The position numbers and the translations under genes are program-made. A stretch of DNA of 61,867 nucleotides, the filler included, from Streblomastix strix (lineage: Eukaryota), in assembly GCA_008636045.1 (NCBI GenBank). It is 2 parts of 2 records of this genome, joined end to end, with 100 filler letters (N's around TTAATTAATTAA, not from the genome) between each part and the next. Parts side by side here need not be neighbours in the genome. Positions count along the whole stretch, not along the records: positions 31,050 to 61,867 come from SNRW01000088.1; 1 more part is not named here. One strand, given 5' to 3'. Below the pieces are notes generated by a model. That model was not told the origin of the DNA. It searched no databases and saw nothing but the letters and a program-made list of their open reading frames with translations. Positions within the stretch are counted from its first letter, which is position 1. Every line of letters begins with the position of its first letter. Shown here one piece after another: positions 55,400 through 61,867 of the stretch.

Positions 55400-55799
55400 G
55401 AGCATCTATTATCTTATTTGATACTTTTGAAATATGTTGAGTCTGCGTTTGTATTTTCAGTTAATGACATTGCTTAGCAATTTTCTTCACTTCCGCTACC
55501 AGTGTTTAACCTACTCTCTGTCATGTTAAATCTTATACAATTAATGAGCAGCCTTATCTAATGAGGATCGCTTTGATTTGCAGCTCTTTAAAGATAAATC
55601 CATAATGGAATAGACATAAATATACGGCTTCCATCTCTATGTTGTTTCTTATCCATCTCTTCTTTTCAATGTTCCATTCTCCATGTTGGACTAAAGTGTC
55701 TCCTGTTTGTAGTTCCAGAGTCACTCCCCAACCCTTCGGGGATGCGTCCGATACCATCACTGCCTCTGGAATTCTTACATCTAATGTCATCTCTTAATT
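55400..55799 (-). pseudogene. DIRS-type RNase H domain
   Basis: VMVSDASPKGWGVTL...GEW...NNIEMEAVYL...ILIR. Confidence 0.85.
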
Positions 55800-56900
55800 C
55801 CTCATTATCACTTCCTATCACCAATACAATTCCTGAAGGATTTACTAGGGTAGAATCATATTCTCACTTCATTAGTTATTCCTCAATGCCCTAGTTTTTG
55901 TAGAATCTATTAATTTTAAGTTGATGGAAGCTTCTTTTACTTGAACTCTTAGAAAATTCAGCTTGTCTATTATCGAAGCTAAATATTTCATCTTAATCTG
56001 GATTCATCTCTCTTTAAGGATAATAAATCTTTTTATTTGGAAGCATAGTTCCTGTTTTTTAGGTCTGTCATCTTTAAATACATCTTTTTAAAGAACTATA
56101 CCCGTCATAGGTAGTTATTCTGTTGGTTTGGTTAAATTTGCTTTTTTATTAGGCTATTGTCCAACCAAATGCTTCCAAGATATTCATTTTTATCAAGGTT
56201 TATTTTTGCAATCATTCTTTGTTCTAATGTAGGAGGAGCAGATCGTCTACGTAATTCAAGACTCCTATGTCTTACCCTCTCCGTATCTTAGTTAGAACCA
56301 TTGCTAGTGCTTGTGCGAAAAAGATTGGAATGTGCTGTGTTCCAAACAGCATTGCACTATATTAATAAACTTTCCTTAGTGCATCTAATGCAAGAAATTG
56401 TCTGTGCGATGGATATTTTATTAGGTGGAGAAAGGCCGAATTAAGATCTAGACATGTTGCCCAGTCTCCATTCCTTATCAAATCTCTCACTTGATCTGCT
56501 CCATTCATCTATAAAATGAACCGTTTATATCTATTTTTTCAGTAAACTCGCATCTAGTATTTTTCTCGATATTTAGTGAGGCTTCGGAATTATAAATTTT
56601 GGATTGAACCATTTTGCATACGTTGTATATATCACATCTATTATGTTTTCTCTTAGTTCATCCTGCAATTTCTCTGCGTATGCTATTTTCTCTTCCCTTT
56701 AGCCCGAGAATGGACAAATCCTCAGTCTTAATTACAATCTCTTTTCGCTATCTTCGCTTTTTAATAATAGGAAAACCGCTTTTTATATAAATTTCACTTT
56801 TTATACTCGTTTCCAAGTCTCCAGATAAAGAATTGTTTTTTTCTCAATCTCATTTTTGGATGAAGTTGTAATATTTCCTCCATTAGCGTCCTAGGAAAGA
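55800..56900 (-). pseudogene. Reverse transcriptase domain
   Basis: DWATCLDLNSAFLHL...YSAMLFGTQHIPIFF...VLNYVDDLLLL (YVDD at 56242-56253)...LEAFGWTI. Confidence 0.92.
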
Positions 56901-59900
56901 TCTCCAGTGTATGAATCTCTTCCTTTGTTCTGTTCCGAATTCCTAATTGTAGAAACTGGCCATGGGCTCACACCTGGCTGTCAGCGCTGCTAGTTTTCGT
57001 TATAGTTCTAGATTGCGATAACAAAAGTATTCATACTTGTTACCTTATCTTTGAAATGTGTTGTTCCTTTTTTCTTCTAAACTTTGGGTTCGCGAATAGG
57101 ATTTCCCTGGAGTTACATAGATAGTTCAGTATAAATATTTATTGGTTTAATTCCAGCAACCCCTACTTAGCCCGAAACTATGCTGTCTGTAGAAGATGCT
57201 ACCCTTCTTACATTTCCTTCTGTTGGAAAATCTCTCTAGGTAAATGATAAGCAAATGCTGTCTCTCCTGCAATCTATTAATATTATATTTCTATCAGAAC
57301 TGAGGAGAGATTTTTTAATCATCCTCATAAAATCAACTTTCAAAATTAAGCTTTAAATCTAGTTTGGGTATGACATAATCACAATTTGTGTGTCTGTTTA
57401 TGTTAGAGGGACAATCATTTGCTTAATACTGGAGAGTTTTCTCAATCTCTGTTTTGGGTATGACTAGTAGGGGGCCCTCACTGGCGATTCCGGATATTTC
57501 ATCCAACAAAACAATAGTCAAAGATGACTGTCAAACGCCTAATTGTTGTAGTAAAATTGTGTTTATGCTTTGTTGCTTCTTGACTTTTTTCTAATTCTTC
57601 TAATGTTTTCAATGGTTGGTTTTCTTATTATTTTTGCCTAATAGTCTAAATTCTAAATATTGAGACTTGTTCACGAAGTTTGACTGAACTACATCTTATT
57701 GTTCACCGATTTCACTACCAAAATCTCAACCCGTATCAATGTGAATTGCGTTACAATTCAATTCGCTTATCATGCTTAATTTTTAGGATTCACAGAAGGA
57801 TATTAGTCTCATTTATGGTCCAAAATCTCTTTTCACTCTTAAATATTCTTCAGGTGATAATTTATTTAGCAGTTCCATTCGTAACCTCATGGCTTCATCT
57901 TCATAAAAGTGGTTTTATAGTTTATTCATCATATTACTGATCATGTTTAGAAATTTTTCATTTTTCTCTATTTATTGAAGTATTAGAATCGTTCTTCTGT
58001 ATATGCTTAAATTACAACTTGTATTTTAGGATCCTCTGAGAGCAATGGTAGAAGAGTAACAGCCAGATTGATTGGGATATATTTTGATTTTTTATGCTTC
58101 TTTTATGAATTAATGGTTAGGATTAGTAACAAATAGGGATTATATCTGAACAGGTTATTAATTTTATTTAATTTAAATTAATAATAATGATGATAATGAT
58201 AGTGATATGGATAGCAATCATTATTATTCATTGAGAGAATCGGTCACAGATAGTGAAGCTTAGTGAGTTAGATTATGCAATCCTGGGAAAACTTATATAG
58301 GTTAATTTGAATTTTGTTCTGCTGCATTATTCAAGTCATCATTTTGTCCTACTTGTTAATGTTATAGATTATCAGGTGCTTCTGTTTAAGGTGTATGGGT
58401 TGCGCTTGTTTGAGTCGGTTATTCAGCTTCATTATTTATGTTTTGTTGTCCATTCATCGGGATGTTCTCTATATTCTACTGGGTATTCTACTCCAAATTT
58501 ATAACATCTATCTATTATCTCTATTCATTCTATGTATTATTGATAGTAACATCCTGTTGTTGGGATTGTATTTCTCTACTAACTTCATGAAGTTAATTTA
58601 TCTATTATTAGATTTGTTTGTTCACTTGCTAATTCAGATATTCTTAATTATCTTATTCTGTGAGTAATTGTTGGGCCATTCGGAAGTTCGCAATTGGTGT
58701 ATTACTCTCTTGGTTAATTGTTTCTGGGCTTGTTCAGCAAACGCTGTTTTCTTCATCAAGGTTGGGAGAAATGTATTTTGCCGTGCTAAAAGCCTCTTTT
58801 CGAGCCGTTCGAAGACTTGACATATAAACTGGGGCTCCAGAAACTGTTTAAACTGGAGGTAAAGCCTGTTCTCGTCTATTGTGAAATATTCTGAATTATC
58901 TTAATTATTGTCTCTCGACATCGATGTGCAGACCTTCAGTTCAGTCCTCATTATTCTATCCATTTCCTGAACCTTCACTTGAAAATACTCTCCTTCTCTT
59001 CCTGTTTCTTCCCAAATCTAATTAATCGTTCCTATCATTTCGTTCTTTATCATATCTATGATTGTGGTCGTGATCATGATCATAGTCATGGTGCTGATGG
59101 TGATTATCATCTTCATCCAAGTACATTCGTGCAATATCTAGGTATAGATCTGTATCCACTTCTCTCCAGAATGCTTTCCAATCGTTGATTGTTAAATATT
59201 CATGTCTTGTATGCCTTTAGATCAAGGCACTCACATTCAGGAGACCATCTCCAAATCCTCTGTGGTGTTCTCCACTCGCTTTTAAGCTTAAGTATCTTAA
59301 CGAATAACTTCTTTATGCCCAGAAATCTCTATGTGCATTAAACTGTTGTTCATTCATGTTTATCGTTAATTCTGGGGGGTCTACTGGAGTTAAAGACTCT
59401 AGTCTGTTCTTTATGTTCTCTTTCTGTTCCTAAATGGCTATTAGTCTTATGAAATTGTCCTTGTAAGGGCTGTTCCAGGTGAATCTGTTAATCTTCCATT
59501 AACATTTCTCGGTTCTTGAACCTGGCCTTATTGTCATATCAGTGTTGGTGGTTTAATTGTGGGTAACTGATTATAATATTAATTTGGTTACTCATAATTC
59601 TAGCTCTTGAAGCTTGATTAAAAGGTTAGATGGCCTACTGAGCTTGGTGTAGGTGGGGTTATTAAATTATATTTTAACGTTCATTATAATCCAATTGTCG
59701 GAGAACTTTACATGAACTACGGTAAGCCTTCAGTGATGCTCGGCTATCTGTATAATTATGCGCTATTGCATTGAATTTAAACTTTATGCATTACGAGTTA
59801 AAAATTTAAATAAAGTAATTTATAAACATTAAGATATTGCGAGAGCCGAAGGGGTGAGTGAAAAATTTTCTAATAAAAATTGAAGATTAATATTTTTTTG

Positions 59901-60433
59901 GGAGGCCCGAAAGGTCGAGCGGAAATTTTGTATCTTAATATTTATCTTTTCCTACAATTTTCAAAATGACTTGAAGTACCTTCCAATTAAATTCTTTCTT
60001 GACTTGTTGCAAAGTGCAACAAGTCCAAAGGCTAGAGGGAACGCTGGTCGAGATTGAAATATAAAAAATAATTTTAAACTTTTTTCAAAATTTTTACCAA
60101 AATCAAAATTTCAAAACTGCATGAATTAAAAATCAAAATTTCATTAATTAAAATTTATCATTATTATTAATTTTCATAAATGTTTTTGTTTTCTTAGTGC
60201 TTTAAATTTAATTAACTTTTGATCTCTTAATAATTTGAAATTTTTTGTAACTAATAATAAACAAGCTCTTACTCGGATAAAATTATTAGTTTAATTCTTT
60301 AATTATTTTATTTTAATAAATACATTAATGTTCAATCAAAATAGTTAAACTAATAACTAAGAACTATTTAACAAAATTAAAAAATAATAAAAATAAATAT
60401 TGGCATAATAATTATGGTCTATGATAATTATAT

Positions 60434-61867
60434 TCAATCATTCATCTTTTCCAGGAAGTCAGCCAATTATGAATTGAATCTTGCAACAGTACAAGCCAAT
60501 CTAAGTGCAGCTCCACGAAGTGCAATGCTTCTATATGGAAGTTTAATACTGAAGAGTTGACTAGTTGGAACATTTACAGGTTGGCACATAAGAGTAATAA
60601 GAAGAGAAGAGAAATATGGTAAAGACGAAAGATATTCAGCAACATCATAATGAATAACAGTACATTTATAGAACATATTCAAAATAAATGCCAGATTCAT
60701 AGATATTCTATATTAATAAGTATATGATGGTGCTTCTACTGATATTGGTGAAGCTGGCTAGTCTGGAGAAGGTATTGGTACAGCGAACATAGAAGGTATC
60801 TATGAATATTGATCTGGTGGATTAACAGTGAACACAATCTTCTCTCCAATTACTTCTGAGTTGTTTCTGAATAATTATGATCCAGAAATAGAATGCTATT
60901 AAACAGGAGAATGTTGTGTAATCAATCCAGAAACTGCAAAAGGATCTTCTTTACTCTGTATTAGATCATATGGAGGTACAAGTGGTAGTTCATTCTCTCC
61001 TTATAGTAGTAATGCTGATAAGAATAATGTATAATTCAATAATTCCTCTCTGTAATCTATTAATGCAACATAAAATGTATGAGTTCGATTAACAGTGATC
61101 ATTTCAATGAAGAACATCATTTTTGACAACATTTCAAATTGAGCTCTTGTAAGAGTTCCACGAACTGGAATATTCTCTTCTAAATGTGTATATCTTACAA
61201 GTGGTTTTGTTTTTAGAATAATAGGAGTATCTCCTGAATTAATAATTGAACGCTTTGAGAAATCAATACTGCAAATATCTCCTCTTTAATGTAATGTTTG
61301 TTGAAATGATGAAGAAGATGATTATCCTGTTTGATGTCTAATTGATGGTTTAACAGATCGTGAATTGTGAATAGTAAAATCAAATGATGTTAGAACCGTC
61401 GCTGAAAGCACAAAGTTGAAACTTTAAGAATCAAAACTTGCAAATTAATTCAAATGATTAATAAATCGTTCCAAATAACCAGCAGTAGTTACTAAGCGCA
61501 TTATTGATTAGAATAAAGTGTCTGGAATAACAGATTTCCCTTTCGCTTCAATACCATTTGCTATTTTATAACTCAGAATGAAGAGTTTTTCTTTTGATAA
61601 TTATTTTATAATTTGTTGTTAATTTGATTATTCGTCTTATTTCAATGACTGTTTCCCATCTAAATTATTTTCAAATTATCCTTATCCATTTTAATCAGCT
61701 TTCAATTCAACATTTTTAATTTTAATTTATTTTTATTTTTATTTCTTAATTGTAAGCATATTATCCAAAAGCATTTCTATTTATTTGGACATCAGTGGAA
61801 GTGTTACAATTTCATACAATAGACGAACGAGATATGGCCAAATTATTTTATTATTAGCTTCATTAAT
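60434..61867 (-). CDS. 3' part of a hypothetical protein running off the window
   Basis: Continuous frame with TAR=Gln ending ALRGAALRLACTVARFNSQLADFLEKMND-TGA. Confidence 0.7.

Larger units (their letters stand above)
53551..60100 (-). mobile_element. DIRS-like tyrosine-recombinase retrotransposon, degraded
   Basis: On the minus strand, in order: long ORF1 remnant (~57000-59713), RT, RNase H, methyltransferase-like domain, tyrosine recombinase. Ends approximate. Confidence 0.88.

Overview
Very AT-rich eukaryotic DNA with short GT-AG introns. It uses a non-standard code (TAA/TAG = Gln, TGA the only stop), so the supplied ORF track is mostly uninformative. The code, intron density and element content suggest an oxymonad such as Streblomastix (inference). 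Bases 1-30.9 kb hold host genes: a Vti1-like SNARE, an apparently intronless ~3512-aa protein, a pseudokinase, proteasome ATPase Rpt5, a large hypothetical protein, a TBCC/RP2-domain protein and eIF3b. After a contig junction, ~32.5-49.36 kb is a decayed, left-truncated endogenous Polinton/Maverick-like virus written in the same TAR=Gln code. It encodes a protein-primed PolB with an inserted HNH/EndoVII-like domain, an RVE integrase, an A32-type packaging ATPase, a KilA-N protein, candidate capsid proteins, a small Gly2 amphipathic protein and two modular phage-tail-fibre-like genes. At ~53.55-60.1 kb a degraded DIRS-type tyrosine-recombinase retrotransposon (RT, RNase H, Dam-like methyltransferase, YR) abuts a truncated CK1-like kinase. 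All translations were done by eye; boundaries of decayed ORFs are approximate.
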